Assembly (NCBI RefSeq): GCF_009914755.1
Contig: NC_060937.1
Strand: one strand, 5' to 3'
Origin: the human T2T-CHM13v2.0 reference genome, Homo sapiens
DNA length: 64,000 bases
Shown piece after piece: positions 1 to 10,800 of this stretch. Both the position numbers and the translations under genes were made by a program. The notes below the pieces were generated by a model. The model worked only from the letters and a program-made list of their open reading frames with translations, was not told the origin of the DNA and made no database searches. How positions within the stretch are numbered: the stretch's first letter is position 1; every line of letters begins with the position of its first letter.

Positions 1-1029
1 GCTTATTTGCATTTTACAGTTTTTATTACTTAGGAGAGTTAAGGAGTACCTGCCAGGTTTGTCCATGCTAATGTTACAATTTTCTTTTTGTAGTTCAACC
101 GTATTTTGTATGGAGATACTTTGAGGCTCTGTAAATATCTGGTTACTCCTCAGAACCCACTAGATTTAGCATTTCATGGATGACTTGTGTTTGAACAATT
201 ATTACTATGATGGTTACCAGATGATTATTTTCTTATTCTCTTCTTTGTTCTACATGGAGAAATAAAACCAATAAATAGGGGAGAAGGAAAGCTCATGACT
301 CTGATGCTCCAATTCCCCAAGATTAGGCCAGTAGTAGACATTCCAAGCTGACTTTATGTCTCTTTGATTTGTCTCCATTACTCTGTCGGCACTTTTTTAC
401 TTTCTGGCAGAAGATGTTCTAAGCTCAGCTTGTATTTTCTCTGCGCCAGCTCTGGAATGAGTCATTTTTTTTAGAAGCAGAGGTGGAGCCACTGAGGAAG
501 CACAGGTGAGCCCTCCCCAGTATGTACTCACTGGTCCCCAACAGAAGAACCACTGCCACATCCACTGAGGTACCAAGAAACTAGCAAAGGGCCTTCTGGC
601 TGTCTGGAGAGAGTCCTCATGTGGTCCCTGGCTGTCTCAGAGGTTCTGGATTAGTCTTCCTGTAGGCTCTGTGTTGTGTCTTTAGATCGGGGCTCTGTGG
701 GAAGGGCCCTGAGAGACCCAACAGCACAGCGTGCCTTATCTGCCAAATGTCCCTCCCTTCCTCACACTCTGACACTCAGGAATAGGGTAGATGGTGTGTC
801 CAGGCAGTGTCAGGCCACCTCACTTTCTCCTTTGAGATGGGCCCAGAGGGCCTTTGGGGTGAGTGTGGAGCTGGGAACCTGGAGCCTGAGGCCAGCTGTC
901 TCTCCCTGTGTCTTGGAGGAAAGGCCATGTCCCAAAAAAAACCCCAGGGCCTGACCTCTGGGCACACATGCAGGGAGGGAGGGTCTATGAGCTGAGGGGG
1001 ACATTGTAATGAGACTTTGCACCCCGTTG

Positions 1030-1665
1030 CTCCGGGGCCTGGTCAGTGGACCATGGTCAGAGATGACCTGGTCATCAGGACCTAGTCATGTGGGACCTGA
1101 TCAGCAGGGGCCTGGTTAGTGGCAGCCTCCTCAGTAAAGGCCTCATCAGTGGGGACCTGGTGACCTAGTCATTGGAAGCCTGGTCAGTGGGGGGACCTAG
1201 TCAGTGGTGGCTTTATTAGTGGGGCCTGATCAGTTGGAACATAAACAATGAAAAACTGGTTGGTGGGGCATACACAATATATCACCGGCCTGGTCAGTGT
1301 GGGGCCTTAGTGGCTTGGAGCCTGGTCAGTGAAGGCCTGGTCAGAGGGGGCTCGGTCAGCTGGGTACTCGTTCATGGAGAATTGTTCAGTGGGGGGTCGG
1401 GTGAGCAGCAACCTGGTAAATTGTGGTCTTGTCAGTGGGAACCCGGTCTTGTCAATGGGGACCAGGTCAGTGGAAAATTGGTCAGTGGGGTCTGGCCCAT
1501 GAATCCTATTAAGTGTGGGCCTGGTTAGGAAGACATGGTCAGTGGGGACTTGATCAGTGGGACCTGGTCAATGGAGGAGTGGTCATTAGGGGCCTCATCA
1601 CTCATCACTGGGAACCTGGTCAGGGGCAGTTGGTCAGTACCTGGCCTGCTGGCCACTATGTGACC
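1030..1665. repeat. Degenerate ~14-15-bp G-rich tandem repeat (consensus ~CCTGGTCAGTGGGG), copy 1
   Basis: Many imperfect GGTCAGTGG/GGGCCTGGTCA motifs in succession; same repeat type recurs at ~19525 and ~34140. Confidence 0.8.
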
Positions 1666-2015
1666 TCAGGCAGGGGGGTTGTCTGTGGAGCCTCCTTGCC
1701 TCCATCTGCAGGGAAAGTGAGTCGGGGCACCCTGGAGGGTGGCTGGAAAGAGAAGGTGAGAAGATGTGTTGAATCCAATACTGCTTGGCAGACCTACAAC
1801 TTTACAAATGACCTGTGTTCCACCTAGAGAGGGTGCCAGCCCTCTCAGCATTATGCAGTGCCCCTTTTCTGTCTGCATCCCCAGGACCACCATGGGTGGG
1901 GAGGGCAGAGATTGGGGAGCACCTATAGAGGCTCTAATGCTCTAAGGTGACAGTGATGAGGACCTGGATGCACCCATGAGTGGAGAAGCTAGGCCTGTCC
2001 AGAGAAGCAAGACAA

Positions 2016-2076
2016 ACACACACATACACACACACACAGGCACACATGCATACACAAATACACTGCATACACACAT
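2016..2076. repeat. Imperfect (CA)n microsatellite
   Basis: acacacacatacacacacacacaggcacacatgcatacac... Confidence 0.8.
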
Positions 2077-3499
2077 GTCAGTTCAGGGGATAGAGGACAC
2101 TGACTCTGGGCACTGTTGACCCAAGCAGACTCCCATGGTGGTGGGTTGTGTCACCCCACAATGTCACTGTTGCTGAGTCCCCATCGCCTCTGTGTTGTGG
2201 AGCAGTTAGAGACACACAGCAGTGTCTGTGAGTAGCTCTGCGTGAAGGACCATTTTCTAGATGAGAGGCACATCTCAACACAGCTCACTGATCAGATTCA
2301 GGTGAGTGGGATCTGCTCTTTTCTCTTCCTCCTGGCTTGGGAAAAGTCACTATCAGGTGGATGGTTTCGGTCTCTGGGCAGCTACTGAGGGTAATCCCTG
2401 AACACTCACCAGCTGCCTGTTATGTGCTGACAGTCATCTCATTCATCCTCGCAGCAATTCCATTCTGCATCTTTTCTGATCACCTCCGTGACCACACAGG
2501 ACAACCCCATCAGGGCCCTGTCACCAGGCCCAGTCTAGCTCCATGATAACCAAGACACAGGTCCAGAGACAATCGTCCTACATTGTGCCTGCATCTGACC
2601 CCCCTTGGTAGGTAGTGACCAGCACAACATGGAAGAAGCCAGGGCAGCATGCAGCCAGCTGCTCTGCAGCCCCAAATGGCTCCTGGGCCTTGGGAAGTCA
2701 TTCATAAAGGGGAAGCTGGTCACTTTGAGGTCCCTGAAGGGAAGGGTGAACGTGCATCCCAACAGCCCTGGCAGCCAGCAGCATGCCATACATATTCTTA
2801 CCCAACGTGTGTGACAGAGGTCCCCTCCTGGGGCACAAGTCCCATACCTAAAGCATCCTGTCCCAGTTGGACCTCATCCTGAGCCCTGGGAGGGGAGGGG
2901 AACCATGGGCCCCCCTGCAGCAGCCAGGATTACCACCCAGGGGACTCGGCCTTCTGTGGCCCTGGCCAGACTTAGAATTTGGCCCAAGACAAACTTACTC
3001 GGAGCAGCTTCTCAGTACCTGGGGCCTGTGTATGCCAGGCAAGGCCAAGCTGGCTCAAAGAGCAACCAGCCACCTCTGCAATGGTGTGCCAGGAGCAGGT
3101 GGAGCAGTCACCAACCTCACCCACTCAAGGAAACAGGGATGGCCAGTTTCCCACAGTCTGAGTGACCACCACCTGACAGCTGATGGAGTGGAGGCCTGAG
3201 GAAAAGCAGATGGCACTGGGGCTCCACCTCCAGGGCAGAATAACTGATTTACCCTGACTGGCAGGGAGTGACGCTGGTGGCTGGTCCACTGGCTCCTGGC
3301 ACACCCTTGCAGAGGTGGGTGGTTGTTCTTTGAGCCAGCTTGGCTTTGCCTGGCATGCACAGGCCTCAGTGCAACAAATGTGCTGCAAATGGAGCCACAT
3401 AGAGGAAATGAGCAGCAGGCTCAGAACTGGGGTGTGTGCTGCCTCTGGGGCTCCAGTCCAAGCATCGGGGCTTCTACAGCACTGTGGGCTTCTCGGGTG

Positions 3500-4825
3500 C
3501 CAAGAGGCAGACCACAAGCCATCTTGAGGAGGACTCTGGTAAGAGCTTCCTTGTGTATGTGGATGATGTCCAGAATGTTGGTCTGGTGTCCCTGAGACAG
3601 CACTAACAGGTCCATGACTGGGTCCAGATCCTGCCTGGGCTGATGGGCAAAGAGCTCACTGACAGTGTGGAAGGCATCTATGGTGAAGTGGATCTATGTT
3701 CAAGTGCAGAAAGGGCCCAGTCTTGTAGATGAACCACACAGCCAGCTTCTGGATGCAGGTGCAGTGCCACATTTTTTGTCACTTCCTGATGTGCCCCACC
3801 AGCACTGAAGAGATAGCCTGGAGACAGGGCAAGAGGAAGGCTGAGAAGGATGAGATGGTGAGTGCCAGATTCTTCCTGGCCCTGAGCCCACCCCCAGTGT
3901 GACACTGAACTTTTAGGAGTGGGAGAGCAAGATTGACAGCTTCAAGTGCTTCACCAAGAAGATGGACAACAGGGCACTCAGCTCAACTTCACAGCCAATG
4001 AGTGGTGGCAGGCTTTGAGAAAGAGCATCAGAAGCCTGACAGTTCTTCTTCAGCCTCAGCCAGGCCTTGGAGCTGGACCAGGCCATCCACTTCAGTATAG
4101 ATGCCTTCCACTCTGTCAGTGAGCTCTTTGCCAGTCAGCCCAGGAAGGACCTGGACCCAGCCATGGACCTGTTAGTGCTGTCTCAGGGACACCACACCAA
4201 CATCCTGGACATCATCCACATACACAAGGAAGCTCTTACCAAAGTCATGGAGAGCAGGCAACATGTGGCAGAAGGGAAGACAGAGGTGCAGAGGCTGATG
4301 ACGTCAGAATCACAGGAACAGGATTTCTTTGGCCACTTTGGCTGAAATTCACCACTTCCATCCAATTCCAGTGAGAGACATGGACTCACAGATGCAGCAT
4401 TTCTTGCAACAAGATATACTACTTTTTCAAAAAGTCACCCAGGAATTGATAGTGTTGAATGACTCGATACTCGATCGTGGACGGTTTCCAGTTCAAGGAT
4501 ACTTTCTACAGCAGAATAATAACACTAGCAAAGAGCTAGTACAAGGATGGTTTTGTGCTCAACTGAAATCCAGCTGAATACAGAATTGTATAGGAAACAG
4601 TTAATATGGTGATAGAATAGAAACAGTAGCAATCATGAACTAAATCATACTATGAATGCCTAAACTACTGCTGTAACTTTTGGAAAAATGATAATACCAC
4701 TTTATTGCTTTTTGAAGTATGAATATTTTAGTGTATATGCTCTAGACTTCAAACTCTATAAAGAGTCTCAAAGAAGTTGGCTGGATAAAGCCTGCTGTGG
4801 ATGTCTTTATATTCAAAGATTGATG
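3500..4825 (+). pseudogene. SNX18P: SNX18 pseudogene fragment (end of PX domain, BAR domain, part of 3'UTR), copy A
   Basis: Conceptual translation gives [81 protein letters not shown] and [34 protein letters not shown], matching the recalled SNX18 C-terminus; frameshifts and stops; contiguous without introns. Confidence 0.9.
3537..3693 (-). pseudogene. SNX18P: Inverted copy of SNX18 BAR segment inserted inside the PX-coding segment
   Basis: Reverse complement of ~4085-4241; ORF 3421..3615(-) begins [26 protein letters not shown]. Confidence 0.9.
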
Positions 4826-7800
4826 ATGCAATTTGAATATATGTCCCCACCGAATCTCATGTTGAATTATATTTCCTAATGTGGAAGGTGGATCCTGGTA
4901 TAAGGTGATTGAATTATGAAGGCAAATTTCTCATGAATGGTTCAGCACCATCCCCTTGTACCATCCTCACAATAATGAGTGACTTCTCATGAGATGTAGT
5001 CACTGAAATCTCTATATCACCTCCCCACTCTCCGTGTTTTCCCCTTGCCATGTGAGACAATTGATTCTTTCTTTGCCTTCCATGATTATTGAAAGATTTC
5101 TGAGGCCTAGAAGCAGAAGCACTGTGCTTAGAACCATGAGCCAATTAAACCTCTTTTTCAAAATAAATCATACAGGAAATGGCAAATGAGGACTGGAGCA
5201 TTGCTATAAAGATACCTGGAAATGTTGAAGCAGCTTTGGAACCAGGTAATGGACGGAGGTTGGAAGAGTTTGGAGGGCTCAAAAGAAGACAGATGAGAAA
5301 ACTTTTGGACCATCTTAGAGTCTGGTTCAATGGTTGTGACAAAAATCCTGACAGAAACATGGACAGTGAAGGCCAGGCTGAGGAGGTCTCAGAGAGAAAT
5401 AAGAAGCTTTCTGGAAAATGTCTTCCTTTTGGAAATGGAAAGCTTACACAATGCCTGCTTTTTATTTCAGAGACTCATAGGCAAAAGAGACTGTAGCCTT
5501 GACCCAGATGAGACTTTGGACTTTGTAACTTTGAGTTAATCCTGAAATGAGTTAAGACTTTGGGAGACTGCTGGCAAGGCATGTTTGTATTTTGCAATGT
5601 GAGAAGGACATGAGATTCATTGGGTCAAGGACAGAATAATACGGTTTTTGTCTATGTCCCTACCAAAACTCATGTGGAATTACATTTTGTAATGTTACAG
5701 GCAAGGTCTAGGTGGAAAAAGATTTAGTCATAAAATGGTGCAGGTAGACACTTCACGAATGATAAAGAACCATCACCTTGATGCTATCCTCCTGATAATG
5801 AGTGAGTTCCCATGAGATCTTGTTGTTTAACAGATCTCATCCTCCTGCTCCTGCTTTAGGAGACATCTCATTGTCCCTTGGCTTTCTGATATAATGAGGA
5901 GGCTTCCTGATTCCTCCCAGAAACAGAAGACACTATACTTCCTTCACAGCTTGCAGAACCATGAGTCAATTACACCTCTTTTATTTACAATAATACAGAA
6001 AAGTAGAACTGCAGAGAGGAGCTGTGAAATGCCTTCAAGGCCTTTTTCCCTTTGTTTGGGCTATTAGCACAGGGCTTCTTTATATGCAAATTTCTGAAAT
6101 CTTCTTGAATGTTTCCCCTTAAATGGGATTTTTGTTCTTGCTACATAGCCAACCTGCTATACAGGTTTCTGAAAAAGTAGAAGCAGGCTCAGTAGTGGGT
6201 AGCAAACAAAGATTGGAAGGGTTTGGGGGGATTAGATTATGACAGGGAGTGGGAGGGAGTGATTTAATCATGGATGGGTGTGGGTGGATGTGGAAGGGAA
6301 AAAGGGGTGGGTAGGGTGGGAGGGAGTAGACTGGCTGTACGGTGGTGGGAGGGTGGTGGGTAGTAGGAAGGGGTAGTAGCCTGCTGCAGAGGCAGAGTCT
6401 CATGGAAAATCCCTACTAGGGAAGCGCACCTGTGGCTTTGCAGGTTTGAGCCCCAATGGCTGCTCTCATGGACTGGACTAGTGTTGAGTGCCTGTAGCTT
6501 TTCCACACGGAGGGTGCAAGCTGTTGGTGGGTCTATGTATCTGGGGTCTGGAGGGTGGTGGCCCCCTGCATGGGGGCTCCAAGTCCATATTTTCCTTCGG
6601 CACTGCCCTAGTAGAGGTTTCCCAAGAATGCTTCATCTGCAGCAGGCTTCTGCCTGGAAACAGTGGGAGGTGGGGGTGGGAGGCAGATCCTTCACCAATG
6701 GTTAGGCAACATCTTCTTGATACTGTCTTCATGATAGTGTGTTCTCATGAGATCTGGTTATATAACAGGGGGTGGCACCTCTTTCCTCTCTCAGTCTTTC
6801 TTCTACCCCTGCCATTTGAAACATCTCATTGCCCCTTGGCCTTCTGGTATGATTGGAAGGCTTCCTGATCTGATCCTCCCAGAAGCAGAAGCCACTGTGC
6901 TTCCTTTACAGCCTGCTGGACCGTGAGCCAATTAAACCTCTTTTCTTTATGATCATGCAGAAAATTAGTACTATGAAGTGGAGCCATGAAATGCCTTCAA
7001 GGCCCTTTCCCCTTTGTCTTGGCAACCGGCACTCAGTTTCTTTTCATGCAAATATCTGAATCCTTCATGAACTTTCCCCCTGAAAATGGACTTTTCTGTT
7101 TTACCACATTACCAGGCTGTGATAAAGATAGCTGACAATGTAGAACCAGGTTCAGAAGTGGGTAAAAGACAGAGGTCAGAAGAGTTGGGAAAGCTTAGAA
7201 GACAGCAAGATGAGGAAAATATTGGACCACTATAGAGAATTGTTAAATACTTGTGATAGGAAGGCTGACAAAAGTGTAAACACTGAAGTCCAGACCTAAA
7301 AGTTCTCAGATGAAAATGAGGAATTTCCTATGAACAAGAGACAAGATTACATTTGATTGGCCTTAGCAAAGAAGCTGGCTGCATGGGGACCCTGCCCTGG
7401 AGATCTGTGAAACTATGAACTTGGGGGTGATGATTTAGGATGTATCTGGTGAAATGAACATCTAGGCAGCATAGCACAAGAGGTGTCCTGCCTACATTGA
7501 ACAGCTTGTGTTCTTATGGGTGACCTAAGAAGTGACTTCAAGTTGGAACTTCAAGTGGAGATCTAAAGTTTGGAAAATGTGGAGCCTGGCTAAGTGGTCA
7601 AAAAGAAAAGCTGATTTTGAGGGGGAAAATTCAAGAAGGCTTAGGGTATTTGTATAAAAAGGAACCCAGTGCAAAACGCCAAGACAGTGGGAAACTGGCC
7701 TTGAAAGCATTTTAGAGATGTCTGCAGCAGCCCTTGCTGTCACAGGCCCTGGGGCCTAGGAGAAAAGAATGGTTTCCTACGCCAGTCCCATGGCTCTGCT

Positions 7801-10800
7801 GCTGTGCTCAACCGCAGGACACTGCTGCCGGCATCCGTGCAGCTCCAGCACCAGCCATGGCTGAAAGATGCACAGGTACAGCTTGGGTCATTGCTTCAGA
7901 GGTGCCTCAAAGTCTTGATGGTTTCCATATAGTGTTAAGCCAGTAGGTGCACAGAGAAAGAGATTAGAGGCTTGGGAACTCCCGTCTAGACTCTACAAGA
8001 TGTACAGAAAATCCTGGATGTTCAGGAAGAAGCTTTTCCAAGAGGCAGAGCTTCATGGGGAACCTCTACTAGAGGAGCAAAGAAGGGACCTATAGGGTTG
8101 AAGCCCCCACACAGGGAAGCATCATTCTCTAAACCCCAGATTCATAGACCCATAAACAGCTTGCACCCTCAGCGTGGAAAAGCTATGGGCACTCAACAAC
8201 AGCCCTGTCCATGAGAGACAGCTGCGGAGGCTGAACGCTGCAAAGCCACAGATGAAGATCTGCCCAAGGCCTTGGGAGCTCAGCCCTCACAGCCCTGTGC
8301 CATGGATATGGGACAAGGATTCAAAAATGGTGATTTTGGAGCTGTAGCATTAAGTAACTGGCCTGCTGGGTTTTGGACACTTATGTATCCTATGAGTCAC
8401 CCACTGCCTGTACAATCATTGTACCTTGGAAGTAGTAAACTTGCTTTACAATTCACTGGCTCATGGGCAGGAGGGACTGTAGACTTGTCTCAGATAAGAC
8501 TCTGGGCTTTGTGCATTTGAGTAAATGCTGGAATGAGTTAAGATTTGAGAGACTCTAGGGAAGGCATCATTACATTTTGCAATGTGAGAAAGACATGAAC
8601 TTTGGGAGACCAGAGACAGAATAATAGGTTTTGGCTCTCTGTCTCTACCAAAGCTCATGTGGAATGTTAATGCAAAATGTTAAAGGTGGGGGCCGATGGA
8701 AGGTGATTTAATCATGGTGGAGAGTGGAGGTTGGATGGTTGGGGGCACCGGGAGGGTGGGGGGGATTCTGGGGTGGAGAGGGTTGGAGGGAATCGGGGGT
8801 GGGGAGGGTTGGAGGGGATTGTGGTGGGGTTGGGGGTGAAAGGCAGGGGTGGGGGTGGATCCTTCACAAATGGTTAAACACCATCTCCTTAATGCTGTCC
8901 TTCTGATAGTGAGTTATCTTCATGATTTTGGAGTTGTGAGATTGAATGAACACTGACGTACTGGATTTTGGATGTCCATTGGGCCTGTGGTCCCATTTGT
9001 GTTATTTTTCTTGGAAATTTCTTCCCTTTGGATTGAGAAAGTTTACCCAGTACCTGTACCATCATTGTACCTTGAAAGAAACAAACACCCTTTTAACTTC
9101 AGGGACTCATAGGCAGAAGAGACTGCAGCCTTGTCTCAGATGAGACTTAAAACTTTTTACATTTGAGTTAATGCAGGAAGGAGTTAAGCCTTTTGGAAAC
9201 CTTTGAAAAGGCATGATTGTATTTTATTCTGTGAAAAGGATATGATATTTGGGGGGTCAAGGTCAGCATAATATGATTTGGCTGTGTGCCCCTGGAAAAA
9301 CTCATGTGGAATTGTAATCCCAAATTTTGGAGATGGGGCCTGGTGGGAGATTATTTAATCATGGATGGGAGGGGTAGGGGTGGAAGAAAAAAGGGGTGGG
9401 TAGGGTGGGGAAGAATAGGCTGGCTGTAGGGCCATGGGAGGGTGATGGATAGTAGGAAGGGGGAGTAGCCTGCTGCCGAGGCCGAGGCTCATGGAAAACT
9501 TCTACCAGGGCAGTGCACCTGTGGCTTTGCAGGCTTTAGCCCCCATGGCTGCTCTCATGGGCTGGGCTGGTGTTGAGAGCCTATCACTTTTCCATACTGA
9601 GGGTGTGAACTGTTGGTAGGTCTATGAATCTGGGGTCTCGAGGATGGTGGCCTCCTGCATAGTCAGTCAAAGCCCTTATTTTCCTTCTGCACTGCCATAG
9701 TACAGGATTCCCAAGAGCCTCTGCCTCTGCAGCAGGCTTCTGTCTGGAACACTAGGAGGTGGAGCTGTGTTGGGGGGCGGATCCTTCACCAATGGTTAAG
9801 CACCATCTTCTTGATGCTGACCTAGTGATAGTGAGTTCTCATGAGATCTGGTTATATAACCGTGTGGCACCTCTTTCCTCTCTCAGCCTTGCTCCTACTC
9901 CTGCCGTATGAAATATTTCATTGCTGTTTTCCTGTTGGTATGATTGGGAGTCTTCCTGAGTCCTCCCAGAAGCAGAAGCCACTATGCTTTCTTTACAGCC
10001 TGCAGAACCATGAGCCAATTAAACCCCTTTTCATTATGATCATACAGAAAATAAAGTACTGCGAAGTGGAGCTATGAAATATATTCAATGACATTTCCCC
10101 ATCGTCTTGGCTATTAGCACTGGACTTCTTTTTAATGCAAATATCTGAAGCCTTCTTGAAGTTTCCCCCTGAAAATGGACTTCTTTTTCTTCTACATTGT
10201 CAGGCTGCAACAAAGATAGCTGAAAATGTAAAGCAGGTTCAGAAGTGGGTAACAGCCAGAGGTTGGAGAGTTTGGAGAGCTTGAAAGAAGACAGGAAGAT
10301 GAAAGAAATTTTGGACCATAGTAGGCACTTGTTGAATAGTTGTGATTAAAAGGCTGGCAGAAGGATGGACAGTGAAGGCCAGGCTTACAAGGTCTCAGAT
10401 GAAAATGAGGAAATTACTGGGAACAGGAGCCAAGGTTACTTTTGTTTTGCTGTAGCAAAGAACATGGCTGCAGGGCGACCTTGCCCTCGAGATATGTGAA
10501 ACTTTGAACTTGAGGGTGATGATTTAGTGCATATCTGGTGGAATGAACTTCTAGGCAGCATAGCACAAGGGGGATCCTGTCTGCATCAAACAGCCCATGT
10601 TCTTGTGTGACCGAGGTTATGTGTGACTGAGGAAATGACCTCAAGTTGGAACTTATATTTAAATGACAAGCAGAGCTCAAAAGTTTAGAACCATTTGCAG
10701 CCTGGCCAAGTGGTCAAAAAGAAAAGCTGATTTTCAGGGGGAAAATTCATGAAGGCTCCAGAAATTTGCATAAAATGGAGGCCAGTGCTAATAGCCAAGA

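Noticed and set aside
1-470. Possible ancient L1M 3' fragment
   Set aside because: Similarity too weak to call by eye
4067-4577. SNX18-like ORFs as a functional gene
   Set aside because: No SH3/N-terminal part, multiple frameshifts and stops, and an inverted insertion in the PX segment
5812-5840. Small palindrome atgagatct..agatctcat in an LTR
   Set aside because: Only 9-bp arms; consistent with the foldback theme but too short to distinguish from chance
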